DNA of 64,000 nucleotides. It comes from Candidatus Multivoradales bacterium (GTDB lineage Bacteria; Acidobacteriota; Thermoanaerobaculia; Multivoradales; Multivoraceae). The notes under the pieces were generated by a model. The model was not told the origin of the DNA, did no database searches, and saw nothing but the letters and a program-made list of their open reading frames with translations. The stretch is taken from contig CBDCWI010000002.1 in the NCBI GenBank assembly GCA_965223325.1, positions 4,448,001 to 4,512,000 on the forward strand, written 5' to 3'. How positions within the stretch are numbered: the stretch's first letter is position 1; every line of letters begins with the position of its first letter. A program made the position numbers and the translations under genes. Shown piece after piece: positions 18,634-27,158 of this stretch.

Positions 18634-21147
18634 ATGCAACTCGCTGTCGCCACTGGTGTCCCAGTCACCACCCGCTGTCGAAGCCTCCCCGGGGCATGTT
18701 CCCGTGGCCGAGGTCGCTCTGCGGCGCTGGCCGCTGTCGTTTTCGCCGGAGTGATCGTGGGCCCTGCGATGGGCCAGGGGCCCCGCGCGCTCGCAAAAGC
18801 AGCAGAGAACGCCGTCGAGGCGCAGCGTTACAGCGAAGCCATCGAACTACTCGAGAAGGCCGTCGAAACCAGTCACTCCAAGGCGCGGTTCGTCGAGCGC
18901 CTCGCAGAGATCAAGCAGGAAGGTGCCCAATGGGCAGCTATGACCGGGCTCTCGGGTCACCCAACGGATCTGGAGCGGTCCGTGAAGTGGCTTGGGTTGG
19001 CGGAACAGTGGGCGCCGAAGCGCACATCTGTCGCCGTGCTACGTCACGTGGTTGAATCGGAGATCGCACGCCGTCGGGCTGTGCTTGCGGAGGCGATCGA
19101 AGAAGCTCGTGCGGGCCGGGTCGGCCGCGCCGTTCAACTTGGCGAAAGCGTCGCCTCGAGAAGTCTAGAAGCACCAGAGACCAAGCTGCTGGCCGAAGAA
19201 CTCGAGCTTCAAGAATCTCTGAGAAAGGCTCGCGAACAGGTGGAGGCGAACCCCGTCGCCGAAGAGGCTTTTCATGCGGTATCTCGCCTCATTGGCCCGG
19301 CAGGCAGTCGGCCGGCTGTAATCTCTCTCCGAGAGACAGTCGGTCGCGCCCAACTGGCGATTGCACAAGAACTACTAGCGGTGCCCGACTTGGCGGTTCA
19401 GGACGTCCATGCCGGCACCGAAGCGATTCTCAGAGCCGAGAAGGTATGTTCGGCCTGCCCGACCGAACCCATTAGAGGGCTGGTCGCAGAGCGGATTGAT
19501 GAGGTTTTTGGACCTCAGCTCGAGCAGTATCGGTCTCTGGGGCCACATGGGGCAGTCGCTGCAGATGTTCTACGGCAGAGCCTGATCAGGCTGTCACCGC
19601 AAAGGGCGACGACTTCGGGTGCCCTGCCTGAGTCGTGGCCCGACGTCGTTGTTTCTGTTGATTGGCTCAGCCCTGGCGACGCCTGCGATACGCCGCCAGG
19701 CCTTCCAGCGAGGCTCACTGACCAGTTACCAACCGTACCGCCGGGTTCAAGAAAGAGCCCGGCCATCGACCAAAGTCCTGACCTGGTCGTCCGAGTATCC
19801 CTCACTCAGTGCGAGAGCCGGGCGATCAATCCGCGGGAAGTGCAGGTTCGTTCGTCATCGTACAGGGCCGGGTCACAACAGATCGCCAACCCTGAGTATG
19901 CAAGGCTTCAGGAAAACGTCAACGCTGCGACGACTAACCTTCGAACAGCCCAGTTGAACCTGGCGAACTCGGCTCAGAACATGAAGGCCTTCTACCAGGG
20001 GCAAGTGCTGGGCGGCCAGATATCCCTGGGAATGCTCCAGGGGAAGCTGAACCGCACGCCGCCCTACCTTGAACGCCCGGTCATTCAGCCCTACACCTAC
20101 GAAGAGTATGAAAAAGCTCTTGTTGTCTCGGTTGCGGGCTCGATCTCACTGGTCGACGCGCACGACCGCGGCGTACTGGTCGTAGTTCCCGTCGAAAGCT
20201 CCGTCGAGGCCTCTGCCTGGGGTCGCCGCGGCGTCTTTGGGGAGGACGTAGGCGGCCTCACCAATTCCAGCCCACAGATTCCGGAGACCTTGGCGGAGCT
20301 GGCTGACCATGCCACTGTAGACGTGTCCGAAAGAGCTCTGGGGATCGTCACTGAATACGCAAGCCGTTGGGCCCTCGTTCGGGCAGTCAAAGCAAGGCAA
20401 GGCGGCTCGGATAGAGGCGCAGCGGCGTGGATGGTCGCCGAGGCAATCCTCTCCAACGAAGATGCCGAACCTGGCCTGCTCGCCCCGGACCTCGTTGCGA
20501 AGCTGCTAGCAAATGACCCTCACGCGGCCTCATCCATGGTTCCCGACGTCGCTACGTTCTGCCAGAACCCGAGCGCTAAGAGCTCTACTCTCTGCGGTGG
20601 TGAGAATCGCTCGAGAACGAGTCGCGGGACGGCGGAGGAAAGTGAGAGTTCAGCGAGCGCAGCTGTGTTGGGGAAAGCGACCGATTACAGGGGATATCAG
20701 GAGAGGCGCTCAACCGGTTCTCGCACAGGCCGGGGCGGCAGTTGCGAGAGCGGTCACCAGATCGAAGTCGTGAGTCTTGGTGGAGAATTTGTCATCCTCG
20801 AAGACATGTCTGTGTGGAAAGTCGACGGCTTGGAGGCGCTCGAAACCAGCCTCTGGCATCGCGGAAACTCCGTGACGAGGTGTGACTCCCGTCTCGTCAA
20901 CATGGACTTGAACGAAGTCGTGACCGTGGAGCAGGTCTCGAGAGCGAGCGGTTCCATTCACGCGGTGGAGGCCGCCGACGATGGCCTCTTCGTCATCAAC
21001 GGCGCGATCTTTGAGGCGAAGACCTACTGTTCAGTTGCCCGTGGGGATGAGGTTCTCTTCATCGATGGCTCGGCGAGTGGCGTCTGCGTCAGCGCGTCGC
21101 TTCTGTCTCTGGGCTCTGCGCGTGTCTGCCGCGTCTGGTGCAAGTAG
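18634..21147 (+). CDS. Large exported hypothetical protein (TPR-like N-terminus, Cys-containing C-terminal domains)
   Basis: 837-aa ORF with hydrophobic leader; AT-rich promoter-like region at 18540-18600. Confidence 0.7.
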   Translation: MQLAVATGVPVTTRCRSLPGACSRGRGRSAALAAVVFAGVIVGPAMGQGPRALAKAAENAVEAQRYSEAIELLEKAVETSHSKARFVERLAEIKQEGAQWAAMTGLSGHPTDLERSVKWLGLAEQWAPKRTSVAVLRHVVESEIARRRAVLAEAIEEARAGRVGRAVQLGESVASRSLEAPETKLLAEELELQESLRKAREQVEANPVAEEAFHAVSRLIGPAGSRPAVISLRETVGRAQLAIAQELLAVPDLAVQDVHAGTEAILRAEKVCSACPTEPIRGLVAERIDEVFGPQLEQYRSLGPHGAVAADVLRQSLIRLSPQRATTSGALPESWPDVVVSVDWLSPGDACDTPPGLPARLTDQLPTVPPGSRKSPAIDQSPDLVVRVSLTQCESRAINPREVQVRSSSYRAGSQQIANPEYARLQENVNAATTNLRTAQLNLANSAQNMKAFYQGQVLGGQISLGMLQGKLNRTPPYLERPVIQPYTYEEYEKALVVSVAGSISLVDAHDRGVLVVVPVESSVEASAWGRRGVFGEDVGGLTNSSPQIPETLAELADHATVDVSERALGIVTEYASRWALVRAVKARQGGSDRGAAAWMVAEAILSNEDAEPGLLAPDLVAKLLANDPHAASSMVPDVATFCQNPSAKSSTLCGGENRSRTSRGTAEESESSASAAVLGKATDYRGYQERRSTGSRTGRGGSCESGHQIEVVSLGGEFVILEDMSVWKVDGLEALETSLWHRGNSVTRCDSRLVNMDLNEVVTVEQVSRASGSIHAVEAADDGLFVINGAIFEAKTYCSVARGDEVLFIDGSASGVCVSASLLSLGSARVCRVWCK

Positions 21148-21214
21148 ACCTGCGAATCGTCACGCAGACCTGATCGAGCGCTACTTCGGAGAGATGCGTG
21201 CAGCGCGGTTGCCT

Positions 21215-21259
21215 GATCGCGCAGCGATGCCGCGCACAGTCGGGGGTAGGTTTTGAGCC
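21215..21259 (+). repeat. Solo left end of family B
   Basis: gatcgcgcagcgatgccgcgcacagtcgggggtaggttttgagcc followed by a G8 run. Confidence 0.9.
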
Positions 21260-21267
21260 CTCGGGGG

Positions 21268-21430
21268 GGGCACCCTCGTGAAGGATCTCATCGAGCAGGC
21301 TGCGGGAGTCCGAAACCGGAAACTCGTGGATCGTGGCGGCGGAAGTAGACTCGGACATGGTGGCGTATCTCCTTTGCCCTCGCGGGCGATTGGGGGGTTA
21401 GGCAACCCCAGGATACGCCGCCCTTCTCAT
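21268..21430 (-). pseudogene. IS256-family 5' remnant
   Basis: GGAG RBS + MSESTSAATIHEFPVSDSRSLLDEILHEGA, resembling IS256 transposase N-termini. Confidence 0.6.
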
Positions 21431-21459
21431 CTACTCGGAACCCGACCCCCGCCTGGCGG

Positions 21460-22985
21460 GGCCGACGCTCCAGGCACCTATGTTTCATAGCCATGCGAGG
21501 TTCACGCGCCTGCCGAGATTCACGAGCGTCAGCGGCCGTCAGGAAAGTGAGCCACCTTGCCTCCAGCGGCGTGCCACCGGCGAAGTCCTGCCAGGCGATG
21601 CCCCGCGAGGCGCTTTGAACAACGGCACTCGAAGGCGGGGGCCGTAACAAGAGCGCAGATTCTCGGGAGGTACGACAACCAGGATCGCCAAACAACGGCA
21701 GCTTCCTCCCCATGCGTTTCGCCAAGCCCAGGATCTACACGCCCAACAGCGTCGTCGAAGTCACCACGCGCTGCCTCCAGTCGCGTTTCCTCCTGCGCCC
21801 GAGCAAAGAAGTCAACAACGAGATCATCGCCGTCCTGGCTCGTGCGCAGCGGCTCTACGGAGTGAGCGTCCACGCCTTCTGGTTCGGCTCAAACCACTGC
21901 CATCTCTTGCTGTCCGCCGAATCGCAGTGGCACATCTCGCGCTTCATGGGTTTCACCAACGGAAACATCGCGAGACGAGTTGGCCGGTTGCAGCGTTGGC
22001 GCGAGCGGTTCTGGTGTCGCCGTTACCAGGGCATCGAACTCACCGACGAGCCGCAAGCCGCCTACCAGCGTCTCCGCTACGTCTTGGCGCAGGGCTGCAA
22101 AGAAGGGCTGATTGATTCGCCGCTTGACTGGCCCGGTGTGACCAGTGCTCGCGCTCTTGCCGGCGGCTCGATGAAGCTCTCGGGCGTCTGGCTAGATCGC
22201 ACCGGCCTGTACCACGAGCGCGTCCGCCGAGGAGTGATCGGCCCGCGATCCAAACAGCTGAGCCGGAGCGAGCGTCGCGAGGCGAATCGCAAGATCGACA
22301 TCACCGAGTTCGAGACGGTCGAGGAGCTCACTCTCGAGCCCCTGCCGCACTTTGCCGACCTGAGCGCCGAGGCCTACCGCAAGATGATCGTTTCGATGAT
22401 CGAAGACATCGAGGAAGAGACAGGCCAACGCCTCGATCTCGAAGGTCGGCGGAGCATGGGACGCGAGAAGATTCTCGCCCAGGACCCTCACGCCGCTCCG
22501 CGGCAGTCGAAGCGCAGCCCCGCCCCGGCCTGCCACGCCCACACCCGGGAACAGCGCGTCGCGTTCATCGTCAACCGCTGGCATTTCGTTGTGGCGTACA
22601 GGAGGGCGGCGCGTAGGTTGCGTTCGGGTGAGAAGAACGTCGCGTTCCCTCGAGGTTGCTTTCCGCCGCGCGGCGCGTTCGTTCCGCACGCGGCTCGCGC
22701 TCCTGGATAGAAGGACTTCAGTGTTGCGTCTTTTGGGGACGGCGATCACGAGATCGCGGCGCGAGTTATGGCGCAGTCAATCGCGCAGCGGCTTGGACTG
22801 GCTTGGACGGTGGTTTGAGGTGTGATCGAGCCGCGTTGAGGAGGTGTTTGGAGCGGATCTGCTTGCGCATGTCCAGTACGGCCGCAGACTTGGCTCCGGG
22901 ATCCGACTCGTGAATCTCGGCATGCGCGTGAACCTCGCATGGCTATGAAACATAGTTGCCTGGAACGTCTCCGAGGCGGCCTCGG
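21460..22985 (+). mobile_element. Family-A HUH element copy A3
   Basis: Inverted ends; right hairpin ccgaggcggcctcgg; left boundary approximate. Confidence 0.85.
21712..22710 (+). CDS. RAYT-like Y1 HUH transposase, family A
   Basis: Intact 332 aa, near-identical to A2. Confidence 0.8.
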   Translation: MRFAKPRIYTPNSVVEVTTRCLQSRFLLRPSKEVNNEIIAVLARAQRLYGVSVHAFWFGSNHCHLLLSAESQWHISRFMGFTNGNIARRVGRLQRWRERFWCRRYQGIELTDEPQAAYQRLRYVLAQGCKEGLIDSPLDWPGVTSARALAGGSMKLSGVWLDRTGLYHERVRRGVIGPRSKQLSRSERREANRKIDITEFETVEELTLEPLPHFADLSAEAYRKMIVSMIEDIEEETGQRLDLEGRRSMGREKILAQDPHAAPRQSKRSPAPACHAHTREQRVAFIVNRWHFVVAYRRAARRLRSGEKNVAFPRGCFPPRGAFVPHAARAPG

Positions 22986-23545
22986 GAGATCGAGGACGAG
23001 ACCCGGGCGCGCCACAAGCGAAAGGGCACGAGGCCTCGCGGCGCCTACAAAACGGCGCAGGTGAGTCCGATGCGCCGTCCGAGGAAGCTCGATTGGGGGC
23101 CGAGGCCTCGGGTCATCGCGTCGGACTCGTACGAACGCAATCGGCTGCTTTCGGTTTTCGATGCGGTGAGGCGAGCGCATCGTGCGGCGCGCGATCTTCT
23201 GTGGGGTGGTGACCTGGAGGCGCGGTTTCCCCCCGGAACTTTCCCAAGCCCGCTGCCGTTCGTGGCCCTGGAAGTGCCTGGGCCAGGTACACGCGACGGT
23301 CCCTGACGGCCCAGGCCACCGGCGAAGAGGTTGAGGGGGACGCACCGATCGGTGTGTTGGCGGAGCTCCGTTTGTCGGGCGGAGTACCCACGTTCAGGAG
23401 TGGTGAAGGCGAGGTTTCTGCCTTCGTCACCGCCCTTCGAGGTCGGAGAGGAGGGCGATGGAGCGCGCGAAGGCTCGGCGCTTCGTCCAGTCCAGCGTTG
23501 CCGTCAAAACTTACCCCCGACCGTGCGCGGCATCGCCGCGCGATC
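22986..23545 (+). mobile_element. 5'-truncated family-B element
   Basis: Starts at EIEDETR codons directly after the A3 hairpin; canonical right end. Confidence 0.9.
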
Positions 23546-24297
23546 TTCGAGCTCGAGGGCACCTGGGTCGATCGTTCGGCGCTTCGCCGTGCCCGTTTCT
23601 CGAAAGCCGGTCGTCGTTTGAGCGAAAAGGACTTCTCGAGCCGCGAGACGGTCGTGTTATCGAAGCTTCCGTGCCTCGAGGACCTCCCTGACGAGGAGTA
23701 CTTCGACTGGGCCCGCGGGATGATTGTTGAGATCGAGGACGAGACCCGGGTGCGCCACAAGCGAGAGGGGACGAGGCCTCGCGGTGCCTACAAGACGATG
23801 CAGGTGAGTCCGATGCGCCGTCCGAGGAAGCTCGATTGGGGGCCGAGGCCTCGGGTCATCGCGTCGGACTCGTACGAACGCAATCGCCTGCTTTCGGTTT
23901 TCGATGCGGTGAGGCGAGCGCACCGCGCGGCACGGGATCTTCTGTGGAGTGGTGACCTGGAGGCGAAGTTTCCGCCTGGCACTTTTCCAAGCCCGCTGCC
24001 GTTTGTGGCCTTGGAAGTGCCTGGGCCGGGTGCACGCGACGGTCCCTGACGGTCCGGGCCGCCGGCGAAGAGGTTGACAAGGTTGAGGGTGACGCACCTA
24101 TCGGTGTGATGGCGGAGCTGCGTTTGTCGGGCAGAGTGCCGAGGTTTCAGGGGTGGCGAAGGCGAGGTTTCTGCCCTCGCGATGACCGATCGAGGTGGTG
24201 GAGAAGGCTGATGGAGCGCTCTGGATTCGGCGCGGCGCCTTCGTCGGCGCTGCCATCAAAACTTACCCCCTACCGTGCGCGGCATCGCCGCGCGAAC
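23546..24297 (+). mobile_element. 5'-truncated family-B element
   Basis: Starts at FELEGTW directly after a B GATC end; ends in GAAC instead of GATC. Confidence 0.9.
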
Positions 24298-24369
24298 TGA
24301 CTACTTTGTCAGCTGCCTGGGAGGCCGACCGACTCATTTCATCTGGAACGTCTCGAGGCGAAGCCTCGG
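24297..24369. repeat. IS110 leader remnant fused to the tip of a family-A right end
   Basis: ctgactactttgtcagctgcctgggaggccgaccgactcatttcat-CT-ggaacgtctcgaggcgaagcctcgg; same junction at 36258. Confidence 0.8.
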
Positions 24370-24422
24370 GGAGGTACACGCTATTCCCGCACACTCGGTA
24401 CACGCTATTCCTGAATTCGCGT

Positions 24423-24450
24423 TTGACAGCCGATTTCGCCGCCGTATATG
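24423..24450 (+). promoter_or_regulatory. Possible sigma70 promoter
   Basis: TTGACA-16 nt-TATATG upstream of 24493. Confidence 0.4.
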
Positions 24451-24492
24451 GTCGGCTAACCCAATGTCGAACAACCATAAGGGGGCGATCAG

Positions 24493-25098
24493 ATGATTGT
24501 CGAACAATCGGCGCTGTTTCGAATCGGCTTCGTTTTCATAGCATTGGCCGTGCTAACCACCGGGTTAGCTAGCGCACAAGGCGTTACCCAACAGGAAGTG
24601 CGCCTCACCCTCAAAGGAAGCAATCTTCCCGCCTACACGTGCGCACAGCACCTCCTCCAGACTCCGGACGTTCAGACACTGCGCGAGATTCTCGATCTCG
24701 ACCAGGCCGAAAGGGATCGCTTGTCTGCGCGGCAAGCAGACTACGAGTCTCATCGGAATGGGCTGGCTGCTCATATGAGGAACCGCTACGAGGCTTTGGG
24801 GCTGAGCGACCCTGCGAGGGCCGCGACTATCCCTGAACAAGCCCTTCGTTCCTACAGCCTTGAGGGATCCAGGCGGGATGCCGCTGCCGTTCGACGACTC
24901 GTAGCATCGCTTTATCGAGGTCTCGATGACGAGTCAAGAGCTCTAATGAAGGCAGAGTTCCCGGGCGGAAGAATCTGCGAGGGCGTTGCTTTGCACACGA
25001 CCGACGAGTCGTTTGATCCCGACCTGTTGGACCTCTTTGATACTTTCAGAGACGGAATGCAAGAGGACTTTGACACCACTGACAGAGGAAACCGATGA
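24493..25098 (+). CDS. Exported hypothetical protein
   Basis: Signal peptide ending ASA; overlaps the next gene. Confidence 0.7.
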   Translation: MIVEQSALFRIGFVFIALAVLTTGLASAQGVTQQEVRLTLKGSNLPAYTCAQHLLQTPDVQTLREILDLDQAERDRLSARQADYESHRNGLAAHMRNRYEALGLSDPARAATIPEQALRSYSLEGSRRDAAAVRRLVASLYRGLDDESRALMKAEFPGGRICEGVALHTTDESFDPDLLDLFDTFRDGMQEDFDTTDRGNR

Positions 25099-25583
25099 TG
25101 TTGACGAGAGGATGCCTCCTTGTAGCAATGCTGCTGGCAATTGCCGGCACCCCCAGCCAGGCGCTGACCTATTCAACACACGTAGCGACGACGGCCATCG
25201 GCAACAACTTCAGCATGACCGTCGACTTTACGGCGTGGGTGAATGTGACTCAGATTACGGAATTGGATTGGCTCGACGTTATCCAGGCCACGGCGATAGG
25301 ATACGGCTATTACAACGCTTGTATTCTCAATGTGAACAACCTCGGCCAGGACGATAAGACGTGGATAATCCTCCCCTACCAGCCGACTCCTTTCAAGGTA
25401 GAAGCCCTGTTGAGAAAGAACGGTACCTGTGGTGGCGGAGTTGGCGGTCTGTCCTTCAAGACCAAGGGTGTTTTTAGTGGAACCGAGATCCCTGCGTCCT
25501 CCAAAAACGGAAACTGCGTTTGCCCTTGTGAAGCGCCACCCGGCGGCGGTGGTGGTGGTGGAGGAGGATGGCCGCCACAGTAG
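25095..25583 (+). CDS. Exported Cys-containing protein with poly-Gly tail
   Basis: Signal peptide ending SQA; CVCPC...PPGGGGGGGGGWPPQ; GAGG RBS. Confidence 0.7.
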   Translation: MMLTRGCLLVAMLLAIAGTPSQALTYSTHVATTAIGNNFSMTVDFTAWVNVTQITELDWLDVIQATAIGYGYYNACILNVNNLGQDDKTWIILPYQPTPFKVEALLRKNGTCGGGVGGLSFKTKGVFSGTEIPASSKNGNCVCPCEAPPGGGGGGGGGWPPQ

Positions 25584-25643
25584 TTAGCTCACAGCCGGCG
25601 GTTCTGGGTCGTCCCAAAGGGGAAAGCCTACCGTGCCGTCGCT

Positions 25644-27037
25644 GATCGCGCGGCGATGCCGCGCCCAGTCGGGGGTAAGTTTTGAGTCGAAGTCGTGGCG
25701 CAGGACCGGGACTCGCCACCGGCCCAACGTGTAGCCCGATTCACAAGATGACAGTTGGTCGATGGCGAGGGTCATCCGCTAGGATTCGGCTCCCTGCAAG
25801 GCATCGATGGTTCCGTGCGATGAGTCATGGCCCATCAACTGAGGTATGTCCCCACCGACGGAAGCGGTTGGGGAGTCGTCGAAGTGACGGTGCGCATCGT
25901 CAACGGATTCTTCCTGTTGGCGCCATCGTCACGCCTGCGCGACCTGCTGATCGGGATCATCGGCCGCGCGCAGCGAAAGACCGAAATCCGGATCCACGCC
26001 CTGGACTACCAGGTCAATCATGCCCACCTTCTGCTGGGCGCTCGCGACGCCCAGCAGCTGGCCGATTTCATGCGGCGCATTCAGCACCAGACGAGTGTGG
26101 AACTACGGATCCTGCGCGGGTGGAAGGGTCCGAAATGGGAAGGGCCCTACAAGACGTCGTTCCCCGGTCACGCGAAGAAGGACCTCTGCCGGCGCTTTCG
26201 CTACATCCTTGCCCAGGGCTGCAAGGTGGGATTGGTGTCTTCACCGCGCAAGTGGCCAGGCGTGTCGGTGGGGGAGGCGCTGTGGTCAGGGACCTTCGAG
26301 CTCGAGGGCACCTGGGTCGATCGTTCGGCGCTTCGTCGTGCCCGTTTCTCGAAAGCCGGTCGTCGTTTGAGCGAAAAGGACTTCTCGAGCCGCGAGACGG
26401 TCGTTTTATCGAAGCTTCCGTGCTTCGAGGACCTCCCTGACGAGGAGTACTTCGACTGGGCCCGCGGGATGATTGTAGAGATCGAGGACGAGACCCGGGT
26501 GCGCCACAAACGGGAGGGAACGAGGCCTCGCGGCGCGTACAAAACGACGCAAGTGAGTCCAATGCGTCGCCCGCGGAAGCTCGATTGGGGGCCGAGGCCT
26601 CGGGTCATCGCGTCGGACTCGTTCGAGCGCAATCGGCTGCTTTCGGTTTTCGATGCGGTGAGGCGAGCGCATCGCGCGGCGCGGGATCTTCTCTGGAGTG
26701 GTGACCTGGAGGCGCGGTTTCCCCCCGGGACTTTTCCAAGCCCGCTGCCCTTTGTGGCCTTGGAAGTGCCTGGGCCGGGTGCACGCGACGGTCCCTGACG
26801 GCCCAGCCCACCGGCGAAGAGGTTGAGGGGGATGCACCGATCGGTGTGTTGGCGGAGCTCCGTTTGTCGGGCGGAGTACCGACGTTCAGGAGTGGCGAAG
26901 GCGAGGTTTCTGCCTTCGTCACCGCCCCTCGAGGTCGGAGAAGAGGGCGATGGAGCGCGCGAAGGCTCGGCGCTTCGTCCAGTCCAGCGTTGCCGTCAAA
27001 ACTTACCCCCGACCGTGCGCGGCATCGCCGCGCGATC
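25644..27037 (+). mobile_element. Family-B HUH element copy B3
   Basis: Canonical GATC-hairpin ends. Confidence 0.9.
25827..26798 (+). CDS. RAYT-like Y1 HUH transposase, family B
   Basis: Intact 323 aa. Confidence 0.8.
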   Translation: MAHQLRYVPTDGSGWGVVEVTVRIVNGFFLLAPSSRLRDLLIGIIGRAQRKTEIRIHALDYQVNHAHLLLGARDAQQLADFMRRIQHQTSVELRILRGWKGPKWEGPYKTSFPGHAKKDLCRRFRYILAQGCKVGLVSSPRKWPGVSVGEALWSGTFELEGTWVDRSALRRARFSKAGRRLSEKDFSSRETVVLSKLPCFEDLPDEEYFDWARGMIVEIEDETRVRHKREGTRPRGAYKTTQVSPMRRPRKLDWGPRPRVIASDSFERNRLLSVFDAVRRAHRAARDLLWSGDLEARFPPGTFPSPLPFVALEVPGPGARDGP

Positions 27038-27142
27038 TGCCATCAAAACTCACCCCCTACCGTGCGCGGCCTCTCGGCGCGCCGCCCAGTACGGCGATGC
27101 CGTCAACCTTACCCCGACCGTGCGCAGCATCGCCGCGCGATC
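27038..27142 (+). repeat. Two extra degenerate tandem copies of the B right end
   Basis: tgccatcaaaactcaccccctaccgtgcgcggc... and tgccgtcaaccttaccccgaccgtgcgcagcatcgccgcgcgatc. Confidence 0.85.
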
Positions 27143-27158
27143 TCATCAGTTCCTGAAT

